A DNA stretch of 64,000 nucleotides from Histomonas meleagridis 2922-C6/04-290x (Eukaryota; Protista; Parabasalia), in NCBI GenBank assembly GCA_020184695.1, contig JAANOX010000014.1, positions 62,001 to 126,000 of the forward strand, given 5' to 3'. The notes beneath the pieces were generated by a model. The model searched no databases and was not told the origin of the DNA. It saw only the letters and a list, made by a program, of their open reading frames with translations. Of this stretch, positions 41,701 through 52,665 are shown piece after piece (position 1 is the first letter of the stretch; each line of letters opens with the position of its first letter). Made by a program: the position numbers and the translations under genes.

Positions 41701-44700
41701 ATTAAATTTTATGATTTCAGGAAGTAATTTAATGAATATAATTAAATCATTCCAAATGTTATCTAATATCTTTTGTAAATAATCTTTTTGTTGTTGTTCA
41801 GGTATAAATTTTAATCCATTTATTAAAAACTTATACAAAATTTTATGGTTTTTAATTGTTAAATAATTCCAACATTGATATAATATTTCATATTGAATAT
41901 TATTAAGATTTAAAAGTTCTTCTAATATTAATATACCTTCATTAAACATTAATAAATTTTTAGTTTCGAATATAATTTCCATAAATTTATTAATTTCAAT
42001 GTTATTTTGTGTACAATAAATAATAAATTTCTTTAATATTGGTAACGATGGGAAAAATTGATGTTTTTGCATTAATATAAAAGTTTTTTGTATTAATTTA
42101 TTATGTTGTGATAAATATTCATTTGATGGATTTGCTGAAGCACATAAAACTAATATACAATTTTGTGCTATTATTTGTTTTTCCATTAATTCGTTAAAAA
42201 ACATTTTCGAGAATTTATTTTTAATTGTAATAAGTAATTCATTTGGGAAAACACAATTATTTTCATTTAAAAACTCAATTATTTTTAATGGGAATTTCGA
42301 TTGTGTTATATCATTTAAGATAATATGATTTAAATAATAAAATGACTTATTTATAAAAATGTTTTTTTCTTCATCGTTACCATATCTTATTAAAAATTCA
42401 AATCCATTCATTAATAATTGTTCATATTTCATGAAATCTATAGATTTATCATATATAAAAGTTTCAAACATTGATGTATATGCATTTAATAATGAAAATG
42501 GTAATAAAGAACTTAATAACTTCGATCTACAAAATATATTTAAATGTTCTTTAATCTTTGGTAAGAATCCAAAATTATCACTAATAAAAGAAGACAAAAT
42601 ATTTGATATATTTGTAATTTCAGTAAAATGTGTATCAATTGCTTCAATATATTTTAATGTATATTTAGAAAATGGTGGTTCGAAAAATCCGTTATAAATA
42701 AACAAATGTTTAATTATATTATCATATAAATCAATTGGTAATAAATCATGTTGTAATAATACATAACCAACTTTCAGTGCTGATATTACATAATAATTAT
42801 TTTTATTAGGTATTAAACCTTTAATTAGTTCAATGATTTTTTCGATTATTTCATTCGATGGCTTTGATTTTTGTATGAATAAATATATTGATTCATTTAA
42901 TATATTATTATTTAAGAAAATTTCATTTAATGAATCCCAAATAAGATTTGTTATATCTAATGGGATTTCATTTATATATTTCATTGATTTATTAAATAGA
43001 AATGTGTTCGTATCAGTTTCAAACCCTAAATTTGATAAAATGACATTAGCTTTAAAGTCATCTGATGTATTCTTAAAACAAATGTTCATAATATCATAAT
43101 AAAGTTTCGATTTTTCGATTTGAATAAGTAAAAATAATTTTGTAACAAAGATTAAATTAGTTAAACTATTGTTTCTTGTGAATAAATATAATTGGATTTT
43201 TATTATTTGATTTAAGATAAATAAAGAATTTGGATCTTTATAAAAAGTTTCATTATATTTTTCAAGGAATAGTTTCGATATATTATTAATGAAATTAAAA
43301 AAAATCTCATTTTGTAAATAATTATCTTTTTTAACTAATTTATATAATGTTACATAAAACGTAGGATGAAACATTGTAATATTTTCATCATTATTATATA
43401 TATCAATTAAACTTTTTATTAAAACTAATGAAGTATCTAACTCTAATAGATATTCTAAGAATTCAAATGATTTTGGTTTTTTATTATTAACATAATAATC
43501 CATAGTTTTTTTCGGCAATAATTTTAATAATTTTAATAACTTCTTTGATAATATTAATTTAAATGGGAATTTATCACTTAAGAATAAATATTCAATACCT
43601 TGTAATAATGTTTGTAAATAAGAATATTTAAGATATTTCGATTTAATTAATTGAATAATTTCGGGCTTATTAATAATTTTAGGATAAGATAAAATCGACA
43701 GAATGACTTTAACAATTGGTAAATATTGAATCCATTCATTAATACCCATTCGAACATATTTAAAGATTAACGTGAATAAGCTTTGTATTAAATTAGCTGA
43801 TGCTGCTAAAGGGAAATTCTTTAATAAGGATTTCAAGAACATTATTTCTTTAAAATCGGATATATCAAAACTTACAGTATCACAATAATTTATTATCTTT
43901 TCTTCCCATTGATATTTAAATTTACGACAACTTGTCGGATGTTTTATTAAAATATTAAAAATCTTTTGAAAGAATCCGATTTTAAATAATGCATGTTCTT
44001 TCAAAAAATCAAATAAAATGTTTTTAAAATATTCCAATATTACTAAATCTCTTAATTTAGATTGGAATAATCCATATAATATACTTGTTTTCTTTGATAA
44101 ATTATCAGAAAAATTTTGATCGCCTAAAGGCTTACGTAAGAATTGTTTCATATTATCAATAATTTCTTGTGGAACTTGATATTTGGAAAATCTTTTACAG
44201 ACAAATATTAATGGAAGTTGTTGACAGATTTCATATTCAATGTTATTTGATCTTTTTGTTTCTTGATATAAATGTGTATCAAGAGTTATATTCTTAATAT
44301 TAATGAAATGTATTAATGTTAATCGAATTGGTATCGAATATTTACCAAAAAGTTTTATTAACATTAAAACAAATTGTTTCATTTCTTTTTTTTGTAAAGA
44401 TTTAAAATATTCATCAAGAAATCGTATAAATGAATTATTGAAATCAGAATTTAAGATTAATGATTGTGTTGAATTTATTATTAAATATCGAATATGTTCA
44501 ATTTTAATTAACTTTGGATAATAACTTACGATAATACATAATCCATTAAATATTGAAAAGTAATTTGTTTTAGGTGAAAATGATTTAAATAAATTTTTAA
44601 CAATGTTATTAATAAACTTTAAAGGTATATTAGTGTCAATAGTTTGACATATGAAATTCTTTGCTATTTCTAATAAGAATCTTGAATCATGACTTTGATT

Positions 44701-47358
44701 ATCATCATTGACTATATCTAAAATAGCAAAGAATAAAAAACTTATTCCATTTTCAATGAATTGTATCACATGAAATTTGAATAAATTATTTAGGATTTCT
44801 TGAATTTTAGGTTGAACATTATCAAAGTTTGAACAAATTGCTAATAATAACAAATTTTTTTTCATTGGTTCATATAATTTATGAAGTAGTTGAAAGTTAT
44901 TTTGTATGAATAGGAAAACATCTTCAACTAATAAAATAATATTTAATATTTCATCTTTATTAACATTAATATTATATAAAATATTATCCAAAATTTTATT
45001 TAAATTTATTCCGTAATATAATATTTCATCTTTAGGTATTTTATTATTAATAAAATCAAAGTATAATGAATATTTAGGTATTTGTTCACATAAAATTTGT
45101 GCCTTTTCTCTCGGTAAATAATTCATTGAAGAATACCATAAATTAAATAATTCATATAATTCATTATGATAATCATTATAATAATATATTTGAGTATTAT
45201 CCCTGAATAAGATTTGACAAAAATCATTTGCTTTCTCAATGTATTTTGGGTTTTTACTTTTAAATGCATCTTTAAATAATTGGATATAATCAATTAAATT
45301 CATTCCTTCTCGTATTAGATTTAAAAAGATTCCAATGATATATTTCCTTAAATATGGATAAAAGTCATTATAATTTTGATGAATTGTTAATTTGTTTAAT
45401 TCATTCACTCCAAAACTTGTTATACAATATTCATTAAAAGTCTTAAATAATAACGTTTTATTCGATATATGTTTTTGATTGATAAATATTAATGAAAATA
45501 AAAGATTGAAATTATCAATTAAAAATTGTTCTGTTATCGGAAGGAATTTATTTTCATTTGATTGTGAAAACCTTAAAACAAAAATTAACCAATTTGTTAA
45601 TTCTTTAGTTTTATTATATGATTTATTAAATATTAAATTTGTGTTTTGTTGGAACTTTTCCATTATTAATAAAAAGATATTATTAGTTATATAATTTATT
45701 TTATTTGTGATTAATAAATTTTGGAATTTGATAACGCCATTTAATGAAATTTTATGTTTTGTAACATATTTATATATTATATTTACAATGTTTTTACATA
45801 ATATCTTTTGATAACATGATTGAAATGAATAAAGAAAATCAAAACATTGATTAAATTGATTCGAAAAATCAGGAAATATAAACGTCGATGGGTTTAATGA
45901 TTGTTGAAATGTTTCTGTACTAAGTTCAAGTAATGTCTTAAAATTAGTTTCATAAATAACAAGTTTAGTATACATTTTTGTTATTTCATTTAAAAATATT
46001 AAAAAATTCGAATTTATATTTAACCAATTCATGTTTGAATGTACAAATGTTGTGAATACATTTAAGAAATTTAAAAGGATATTAATTCGAATAAGTCGTT
46101 GTTCAAAGTCTTGAATTTGTCTTGTTAAATATTCATAAGCTTCTTCATTAGTATTAAACTCTTTAAAATTAAATTTGGTATATAATTCTGTATCAATATG
46201 TGTATGAACATCTTTGTTTTGTACTTGATTAATAAATGAGATTTTTTTGGTTATTATGTTATTATCATTGTTTTCAGGTCGAATAATTGTACCATTAAAT
46301 GATTTGATCTTATATAAATCAATTTTAAATATCGAGATAATTAATTCGACAAAATATATTAAACTCCATAATGAATTTTCATGTCTTTTATATTGGAAAA
46401 AAATAAATTTCGGAAATAAATTAAAATTTGGAATTTGATCTCGAATGTTTTCTTTAAGATTGAGAATGAGTTCAATGATAACTTTGATAATACAACATTG
46501 TTGATCAAATGTTTTAAGGATATTAAAAAATGGAAAAATCATGTCCCATTTTAATAAGTTACCATAAAAAACGGCACTTTTGTAGCCGTTAAAAAACGAT
46601 GACACAATTTCTATTTGTTCTGAAAAACAATTTAAATTGTTTTTGGTTAAGTACTTTTTGAAATAAAAGAACCAGGCAATGAATACTTTATACGAAATTT
46701 GATGTGGGCAACCGTTAGTATATAGCAGTAACATTTGAGTAATTCGACGTTGATTAATTTCATTCTTACGTCTGTTAAGTCTTTTAACTATATGTGTAAA
46801 AACTTCTGAAATGAATGAAAGATTAGAAAAATTTGTTGTTTCAGGAGACAAATCTGATATCAGATCGAAAAAAGTTACGATGAAACTATTATATTCAGAA
46901 TCTGAAATCCTATTGATAACAAATGAAGCTGACTTTATAAACTTATGGTGAGTTATGGTATAAAATTTAGAAGGATCACTTGGTTGAAATGTAGATAACC
47001 CATTTTTGATGTAAGCAAAAAACATATCTACGAATGTATCAGAATTTCTGATCTTTTCTATATTAGCAATAGCGGAAAATAAATATAAATTTTTTGAATT
47101 CATTTTTAAAATTGGAAGTTCTGCCGGTCTTAAATACATTTGCATTACCAAAACTATAAATTGAAAAAAAATATCTTGAGCCTTCTCTCCGTATGTTTCT
47201 GTGAGCTGAATGATTTGCTGATATATTTGTGTAATTATTTTGAAAACTTCGTCTCTTTCAAAAGATAGCAATATTGTCTGTATTTTTTGGAATGCAAGAA
47301 TTGTGTTATTTGCGTCAAGATCTTTAAATGAAGCTAAAAGATTGGTTAACTCTTCCAT
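38788..47358 (-). CDS. TRRAP/Tra1-like PIKK-family scaffold (2856 aa)
   Basis: Long helical-repeat body, degenerate PI3K-like domain with FRLSPNV..FIG, FATC-type ending EEAIPWF*; no catalytic DRH/DFG motifs seen. Confidence 0.75.
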   Translation of the reverse strand: MEELTNLLASFKDLDANNTILAFQKIQTILLSFERDEVFKIITQIYQQIIQLTETYGEKAQDIFFQFIVLVMQMYLRPAELPILKMNSKNLYLFSAIANIEKIRNSDTFVDMFFAYIKNGLSTFQPSDPSKFYTITHHKFIKSASFVINRISDSEYNSFIVTFFDLISDLSPETTNFSNLSFISEVFTHIVKRLNRRKNEINQRRITQMLLLYTNGCPHQISYKVFIAWFFYFKKYLTKNNLNCFSEQIEIVSSFFNGYKSAVFYGNLLKWDMIFPFFNILKTFDQQCCIIKVIIELILNLKENIRDQIPNFNLFPKFIFFQYKRHENSLWSLIYFVELIISIFKIDLYKIKSFNGTIIRPENNDNNIITKKISFINQVQNKDVHTHIDTELYTKFNFKEFNTNEEAYEYLTRQIQDFEQRLIRINILLNFLNVFTTFVHSNMNWLNINSNFLIFLNEITKMYTKLVIYETNFKTLLELSTETFQQSLNPSTFIFPDFSNQFNQCFDFLYSFQSCYQKILCKNIVNIIYKYVTKHKISLNGVIKFQNLLITNKINYITNNIFLLIMEKFQQNTNLIFNKSYNKTKELTNWLIFVLRFSQSNENKFLPITEQFLIDNFNLLFSLIFINQKHISNKTLLFKTFNEYCITSFGVNELNKLTIHQNYNDFYPYLRKYIIGIFLNLIREGMNLIDYIQLFKDAFKSKNPKYIEKANDFCQILFRDNTQIYYYNDYHNELYELFNLWYSSMNYLPREKAQILCEQIPKYSLYFDFINNKIPKDEILYYGINLNKILDNILYNINVNKDEILNIILLVEDVFLFIQNNFQLLHKLYEPMKKNLLLLAICSNFDNVQPKIQEILNNLFKFHVIQFIENGISFLFFAILDIVNDDNQSHDSRFLLEIAKNFICQTIDTNIPLKFINNIVKNLFKSFSPKTNYFSIFNGLCIIVSYYPKLIKIEHIRYLIINSTQSLILNSDFNNSFIRFLDEYFKSLQKKEMKQFVLMLIKLFGKYSIPIRLTLIHFINIKNITLDTHLYQETKRSNNIEYEICQQLPLIFVCKRFSKYQVPQEIIDNMKQFLRKPLGDQNFSDNLSKKTSILYGLFQSKLRDLVILEYFKNILFDFLKEHALFKIGFFQKIFNILIKHPTSCRKFKYQWEEKIINYCDTVSFDISDFKEIMFLKSLLKNFPLAASANLIQSLFTLIFKYVRMGINEWIQYLPIVKVILSILSYPKIINKPEIIQLIKSKYLKYSYLQTLLQGIEYLFLSDKFPFKLILSKKLLKLLKLLPKKTMDYYVNNKKPKSFEFLEYLLELDTSLVLIKSLIDIYNNDENITMFHPTFYVTLYKLVKKDNYLQNEIFFNFINNISKLFLEKYNETFYKDPNSLFILNQIIKIQLYLFTRNNSLTNLIFVTKLFLLIQIEKSKLYYDIMNICFKNTSDDFKANVILSNLGFETDTNTFLFNKSMKYINEIPLDITNLIWDSLNEIFLNNNILNESIYLFIQKSKPSNEIIEKIIELIKGLIPNKNNYYVISALKVGYVLLQHDLLPIDLYDNIIKHLFIYNGFFEPPFSKYTLKYIEAIDTHFTEITNISNILSSFISDNFGFLPKIKEHLNIFCRSKLLSSLLPFSLLNAYTSMFETFIYDKSIDFMKYEQLLMNGFEFLIRYGNDEEKNIFINKSFYYLNHIILNDITQSKFPLKIIEFLNENNCVFPNELLITIKNKFSKMFFNELMEKQIIAQNCILVLCASANPSNEYLSQHNKLIQKTFILMQKHQFFPSLPILKKFIIYCTQNNIEINKFMEIIFETKNLLMFNEGILILEELLNLNNIQYEILYQCWNYLTIKNHKILYKFLINGLKFIPEQQQKDYLQKILDNIWNDLIIFIKLLPEIIKFNLQMQIKVYIFKILPSLIKENIFHYLNYVIDSLSMFNELYGIDQDDTYLIPILISSCVYCDFDQRPILFNQIHEIMQKNNFPISLLIDFIDFIDFWEDSMIPYIYCIICDEENEFPTLKYLTYLYQSMSEQFSFALFYKYFEEDVIPIILTRIYSQQNKYNYRNVLKGILKVIYTKGIKINSFLLTKIEEICGYKLLCKNSEQLIISKSIKDFIFNDFFYLNTSTIAEKTAILLTVLNSYESSQLIFSKFYNTSNNVYNEIHRIVSKQLKMYNENSDKISLLFKMTHVNKQIEDLFENGISNNQLQTIQNHLTNYILIKSKPISRNNFNKIISLETLISILKCRLQNATCSINILSNIIDPKYSNLLNEILYENNQHPIIEIQDQPLLFVQSSMRHNFDSILGYTSKGLIAIGTKQINEYISNKKNIEETKTFASFCFNVYSISSPRVLLETSFISYCKVFELIPSIEVSSRILSIIRIAIQTKNQLLIEKIKSKKVIFEYNIWLSWIDVLIEITNNNQWFYQLIKSLLIKGNIKTLIYSKKYNKTQIYEYVQSKVMAHNYLYLLNKIAKAISKLFEIDFNEFLCLKVLKKAKNDFSLLQQKDLRILKYVPINILQKFQVDDLDEEHVQMLNNSYEKYQTLKQQVNEVMKIFRNNLPYEFQFENFLFVIYKLIKYPKKISSNILKLKVITSSKSINYVLIQKINQKSPITIINNLFKLFNNIFKFSYPTRSRDIVLYNPNIIEIGTQYLLTLLNTNITNFLSLYEKFTHKSGDFSRDISPPNDYVKKIAIGKLDSIYAYCFVSTNALKCSASQAVMRKMFSLEYPKLEDYLVSFENGIVPMLQTIDPSLYFQTQEESTFRLSPNVRSFIGDYYKGDFILTIAATAQSLVQSIEDVRSCLEVLISEMIDDKTFPIDSIIKERQIIEENICMLAPVIGQVDEKETIQWYQRLEELISQAENEEIQPEEAIPWF

Positions 47359-47934
47359 GTGATATGATGTATGGATTGAATGGGCGAACGTTTAAATATT
47401 TTGAAGATATATTTAGGGTTTTGCAGAATGTGATGGATGATTCGACAAGATTTTGTAAAAAAAAGAATTTAAATCAAGAAAATTTTCTGTTAGGATAGTG
47501 GTAAAGGGGATTAATTAGAAAAAAGAAGAAGTTTGATGAAAATGACCAAAAAAAATTAACAATGACATACAATAAATTCAATATTTTACATTTACCGTCA
47601 AAATATTTGATTGTTGTGTTAAGGACCACTTAACCACGAAGAAGTTGATGAATATTATCTTAAAAGGTGTTGTGATAATATTTCTTGAAGTTTTTCTTTG
47701 TCATCATTTTAAGATATTTTTTAAATTTCATGATTTAGGAAGTCTTCAATATAATTCTTATGGAGTTTTTAAGAGAAAAATTAGCTCTTCTGAATTTTGT
47801 TTTCTGGATGTATAAAAAGAATAACTTTTATATTTGGAGTCACACTTCACAACGATTCAACAAATTGAAGAAACTAAGAACCTTAAGATAAAATTTAATT
47901 ATCATCAATATTAATCGAAAAATGAAAAACAGCT

Positions 47935-48007
47935 GCCTGCGTAGCATAGTGGTTATTGCGTTCGCCTTGTAAGCGAAAGGTCGGCGGTTCGACTCCGCTC
48001 GCAGGCA
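47935..48007 (+). tRNA. tRNA-Thr(UGU)
   Basis: GCCTGCG/CGCAGGC acceptor stem, TTCGC-CT-TGT-AA-GCGAA anticodon arm, GGTTCGACTCC T-arm. Confidence 0.97.
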
Positions 48008-48109
48008 AAACTTTTTATTTTTTAAATTTGTTTCAACTACAAAATCTATCATTATATTTTATTGCAATTATGTTATTTTACATTATTAGTAAATTAACAT
48101 CAAACAAAT

Positions 48110-48330
48110 TAAAACAAAATTAAGCATCAATTCCTTTTTTGCCAAGAAGTAATCTAACTTTTTTGTTCGATTAAGTTCTAATGTCAATATCAGTGCTGTA
48201 TTAAATATAATCGTTAATCACCAAATATTATTTTGTAATACAAAATACAGCATATAAGTTTTATCTCCTATAAACATCAATTCTTTTTCGCTTATGAAAT
48301 AATTTAACAATATCTATGATTATATAGTTG
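48110..48330 (-). pseudogene. Relic of an ankyrin cassette-spacer array
   Basis: On the plus strand: CAATTCCTTTTTTGCCAAGAAGTAAT (LLGKKGID), AGTGCTGTATTAAAT (NTAL) and CCAAATATTATTTTG (spacer core). Confidence 0.7.
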
Positions 48331-48566
48331 TTAAAATATTTTAATCCAATTTTATTTAAGAAATCACTCCTGTTATTGAATATTATTTGAAATTCATTTT
48401 AAAAATTTGTACATAAAATTATATTCTAACACATATATACAGTGTAAAAACTGATTTATTTTCCAAACTTTGCGATATGCAACGTAGATGGTTTGATTGA
48501 AAAAGTCGAATTTTTCTTAGAAAATCAGCTATCGTTTTGATAATTTTATTGATAATTTTTTTTTAC

Positions 48567-49616
48567 TTAGTTCATTGACAGCAGTAAATTTGCAGCCATT
48601 TCTTCGTTTTTATCGCAAGCCTCATAGCATTGTAATACATAAGGTAAAGGATAGTTACCCAATTCTTGTAATCTTTTAATTGCTTGTTTCTCTTCCTCGG
48701 TATATCTTGCTAATAAATTCTCTCCAGGTTGCATTGGTGGTTGCACTGGTCTTGTTTGGGGTTGTTGTTGTGGTGAAGGTGGTGGTTGCCCATATCCGAA
48801 CATCATTGGTTGAGCTGTATGATTTCGAACTCCTTCGCAGTCAAAGTTGGCAGGATCCAAGCCAAGACTTTGGATAAGGATTTCCGGTTGTTGACGAACG
48901 GCAGCTCCTAATTGTGGATTATTTTGCTCAATGGACTCAACAATATTCTCAATGGCAGCAGGGTTGGCTGAAAGGAGTTGGACTAATTGTTCACGTTGTT
49001 GCAAGGCTTGACGTTCAAGTTCAAGATCGGAATCTTGAGGAATCTCACCAGAAAACAAATACTCAGCAGCACGCTCTACATTACCAAAAGCTGCGCGGAG
49101 TGCGGCTTCACAGTCCTCTTTGGCAAATCCAAGATCCATGAGTTGGGTAACATTGGAAGCAAATTCAGGAGTATCTTCAATGCGTGGTTGGTCAGGCATT
49201 TGTGGACGTGCGCCTGGCATTTGAGGTGGTGGACGATGAATTTCGGGTAATGGAGCAATTGTTGGTTGTGATGGAGCTGGACCTGGTGTTGGTGCAGGTG
49301 CGGGTGTGGGTGCTGGAGCTGGGGTAGCAGGAGATGGAGCTGGTGCTGGCGCTGGAGCAGGGGCTGGAGCTGGCGCTGGAGCAGGAGCTGGCTTTTGGGC
49401 TTGAACATGAACAACAACGAAATCCTTTGGACCAAGGTTAAGAGATTCAATTGTTGCGTCATTTGGTGGAATCTTGCATTTGAATATAATTTTCACTTGG
49501 GTTGTGATGTTTAGCTCTTTTTGAACAAGCTCCTTAACTTGCTCGATTGTGGTAGATGGATCCATTTCGATGCTAAAAACTTTTCCTGTTACAGTTCTAA
49601 ATGTAATGAGAACCAT
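48567..49616 (-). CDS. rad23: RAD23-like UBL-UBA-STI1-UBA proteasome shuttle
   Basis: N-terminal UBL, PA-rich linker, LMDLGF....CEAALRAAFGNVERAAEYL, XPC-binding segment, EKQAIKRLQELG.....QCYEACDKNEEMAANLL. Confidence 0.93.
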   Translation of the reverse strand: MVLITFRTVTGKVFSIEMDPSTTIEQVKELVQKELNITTQVKIIFKCKIPPNDATIESLNLGPKDFVVVHVQAQKPAPAPAPAPAPAPAPAPAPSPATPAPAPTPAPAPTPGPAPSQPTIAPLPEIHRPPPQMPGARPQMPDQPRIEDTPEFASNVTQLMDLGFAKEDCEAALRAAFGNVERAAEYLFSGEIPQDSDLELERQALQQREQLVQLLSANPAAIENIVESIEQNNPQLGAAVRQQPEILIQSLGLDPANFDCEGVRNHTAQPMMFGYGQPPPSPQQQPQTRPVQPPMQPGENLLARYTEEEKQAIKRLQELGNYPLPYVLQCYEACDKNEEMAANLLLSMN

Positions 49617-50031
49617 TTCAAAAATGACAAATTTTCTTTAGTTGGCCAGTTAATTTGTCACTTTTGGGGGCGACCTGACAAAAACCGAAAATCTTTTGAA
49701 TAAAAAAGCATTAATCGGATTAAATAATGAAGTAAACCAAAATTCTCTTATTAACCTAAAAAACAGAATATATATGATAATGGTATTAATTGTACATGAA
49801 AATATTGCTTATATTAATAAAAAAAAATTTATAGAAATATGCATATTTCAAACTTCTATTTTGGTGTGATTTCAGAGAAAAATCTTTTTAGACTTTTAGG
49901 TAAATTCATAAGAACCCACTGTCTTGTTTTACCTGATAACAGTTGCCACGCGTGGGCATTTGTTTTTTTTACTGGTTTTCTGAGTACAAATTGGGGTGCC
50001 CTGTATTGCTAACAAACATTGTCAAACACTA

Positions 50032-50331
50032 ATGAGCAGAAAATTCTCCAAAGAACTGAACGAAAAGATTGATAGAGATCTTGATGATCAAACCAAAAGT
50101 AAGAGAAGAAGAAGCGATCGTGATCCACCAAAACAAAAAAAATCAAAATCAAAAGATAAAAAAAAAGAAAAAGAAAAAGAAAAGAAAAATCACGACGAAA
50201 TCCCTAGGTATATTACAGTTGACCTTCCACAAGAAGCTATCAAAGCTCTATTAAAGGCTTCCGGTCAACCTTCTGATTGTAAAGGAATGAAACTTGAAGT
50301 AAAGCTAAGTATTCCGGAAAAAGAAAAATAA
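50032..50331 (+). CDS. Small basic/Lys-rich hypothetical protein
   Basis: In-frame ATG at 50032, NLS-like Lys/Arg runs. Confidence 0.6.
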   Translation: MSRKFSKELNEKIDRDLDDQTKSKRRRSDRDPPKQKKSKSKDKKKEKEKEKKNHDEIPRYITVDLPQEAIKALLKASGQPSDCKGMKLEVKLSIPEKEK

Positions 50332-50599
50332 AGATACAGAATTTCATATAATGGACAATATATTTTTCGATAAATAATATATTATAGTGGTGGTGATGAA
50401 AATTGATTTATTAATAAATTTTTCTTTTTATGTAATATTGTTTTTTCGTAACACTATAAACATAACACAGGTGTTTTTAGTCAGTAAAAATACTTTTAAT
50501 GAATAACAATTACTTTATAAAGGATGAATTAACGGTTATTTAGCGTTACACTCAAAATTAAAACTTAGTTCAATGCTTTATTTTATGACTTGTTGATGT

Positions 50600-51958
50600 T
50601 CATTTTACAACATCTACGACTGCTTGGTATGTAGCTATAGCAGCAGATACCACACCAAACACAGACAAACATAAGCATAATATGTTCTTATAATATTTGA
50701 AGCCATGAGAAGAGTTCTTAATCCATAACAAAGGCGGGAAGAAGAAACTTGTCATACAGCCACCCAAAGCTCCTCCAATAGACAGAACAGGTGCGATACT
50801 TGGACAAGCCATAGCAATAACTACTGGTGGGATATTAGTAACCAATAAAACGATGGCTCGTTTTTTCCATGGCAATTCAGCCGGATTAAAAACATTAAAT
50901 ATCAACGCAGAGAGATCGGCTGATATTGTTAATGCAATTACTGGGAATGATGCAGTAACTACGACAAAGAATGCAACACGAATGACTTGAATGATGACAT
51001 CACGATTCGAGAAATTGTTTAAAATGATCTCATTAACTGAACTTCCGAAGTTTAAGTAGCCCAAAACGCCAGGAATTAACACAAATAAGTAGCATGACAT
51101 AAATGCGGTTCCGATAATTCGATAACGTGAACGAATTCGTGGGTCTGCGTTCTTAATGATGGGTAAAACAATGGCTGGTAACGCAAACATTAAGGCGTAA
51201 ATAGCTAATGCGTTAAAGAAACTCAAATTTATTGTCGCAGTCTTGGTGGTGACATTTATGCCATTAGAGGCTAATGAGGCACTGCACTTCCATATCATAA
51301 CAATGGCGTATACAAAGAGACAGAAAATGGAAAATGTTGAAAATATGGATAAGAATCCTAACTTACGTGGAATGGTAAGTGCGACTGGTAAAACTAAAGA
51401 ATATATAAACATGGTTAAATATCGCTTGGATCCCATCATCCATTCTTCATGATGAAGAAGAGATAACCACGACTTAATATTATCACCTCCTATGATAAGA
51501 TAAGCTACACAACATGAATAAGTGAAAAGTAATGTAAGAATTGTTAGACCTAATGAGCCCCATTTGCCTAATAATTTTCGGGCCATATCATTCATACTTT
51601 CAGAATGTGTACGAAATTGAAGACGAACAATCATGATTGTTGCCATGTAAGAAAGAAAAGCTGCAAGAGTCATTAATGCTACAGATGTTACTAGACCACA
51701 ATAATTCATGGTACTAGAAATTGAAAGAATTTCAGAACCAACAAGTGAGTTAAGAAGGTTCATAACAGTTGAAAAGAAACTGACTTGAGGTTGTTGTTGA
51801 GCATTGGATAACTCAGTAAAATCGCCAATTGTGTCAGTATAATTGAGATCTTGTCCATCACCAAACAATTTCTCATTTTGGAGAGATTGAGAATCAAATA
51901 TAAGTGGGCCATCTTCAGTGGCATGCACTTCTTTGTTTTCTTCCATTTCTGAAAACAT
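50600..51958 (-). CDS. Amino acid transporter, AAAP/SLC38 (Aa_trans) family
   Basis: NLLNSLVGSEILSIS (cf. N..NAIIG.GIL), ~11 TM helices, GYLNFG, LSIGGALGG. Confidence 0.92.
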   Translation of the reverse strand: MFSEMEENKEVHATEDGPLIFDSQSLQNEKLFGDGQDLNYTDTIGDFTELSNAQQQPQVSFFSTVMNLLNSLVGSEILSISSTMNYCGLVTSVALMTLAAFLSYMATIMIVRLQFRTHSESMNDMARKLLGKWGSLGLTILTLLFTYSCCVAYLIIGGDNIKSWLSLLHHEEWMMGSKRYLTMFIYSLVLPVALTIPRKLGFLSIFSTFSIFCLFVYAIVMIWKCSASLASNGINVTTKTATINLSFFNALAIYALMFALPAIVLPIIKNADPRIRSRYRIIGTAFMSCYLFVLIPGVLGYLNFGSSVNEIILNNFSNRDVIIQVIRVAFFVVVTASFPVIALTISADLSALIFNVFNPAELPWKKRAIVLLVTNIPPVVIAMACPSIAPVLSIGGALGGCMTSFFFPPLLWIKNSSHGFKYYKNILCLCLSVFGVVSAAIATYQAVVDVVK

Positions 51959-52166
51959 CAGCCTATTCAATTCGTCACTTTTTGATAGGAGTTGTTCTAC
52001 AAACCGTAAAAATGACTGAATGTTGGGCTAACGGTCATTATTAACCTTACAGTGCCCTATCAAAAGCGGTTTATTAAACGCGATTTTTACATAACGTACA
52101 GAAAAGAGCTAAAATTTGAATGAGCGAATACTTTTGCGGAAAAATTAGAGTTTACAGATAAATTAC

Positions 52167-52568
52167 TTACTCTTCCTTCTTCTTTGTTTGACCAAGAAGT
52201 ACTTTATGAATATGTGGAACAACGCCTGCAGATGCAATTGTTACATTTTCAAGAAGTTGATTTAATTCTTCATCATTGCGGATTGCAAGCATAATGTGAC
52301 GTGGTGAAATTCTTGTCTTCTTATTATCGCGAGCTGCATTACCTGCAAGTTCAAGAACTTCAACAGTAAGATATTCAAGAACTGCTGCCATGAATACTGG
52401 AGCGCCTGCACCAACACGATCTCCATAACGACCTTCACGAAGGAAACGATGAAGACGTCCAACAGGGAATTGAAGTCCTGCACGACTTGATCTTGTCTTT
52501 GGATGAGCACGTTCTCCATCAACTGCTGTCTTTGTAGCTGTTTTCTTAACACCTTTCTTGGCTGGCAT
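52167..52568 (-). CDS. H2A: Histone H2A
   Basis: [14 protein letters not shown]-type motif, [40 protein letters not shown]. Confidence 0.98.
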   Translation of the reverse strand: MPAKKGVKKTATKTAVDGERAHPKTRSSRAGLQFPVGRLHRFLREGRYGDRVGAGAPVFMAAVLEYLTVEVLELAGNAARDNKKTRISPRHIMLAIRNDEELNQLLENVTIASAGVVPHIHKVLLGQTKKKEE

Positions 52569-52665
52569 TTAAAATAATGATTACCTGGGTTAAATATTGA
52601 CAAGTTAGTGCCGAGAATTTTTACCGGGTTTTGATATAATTTTCAAATAAAAATTTATTTGGCTC

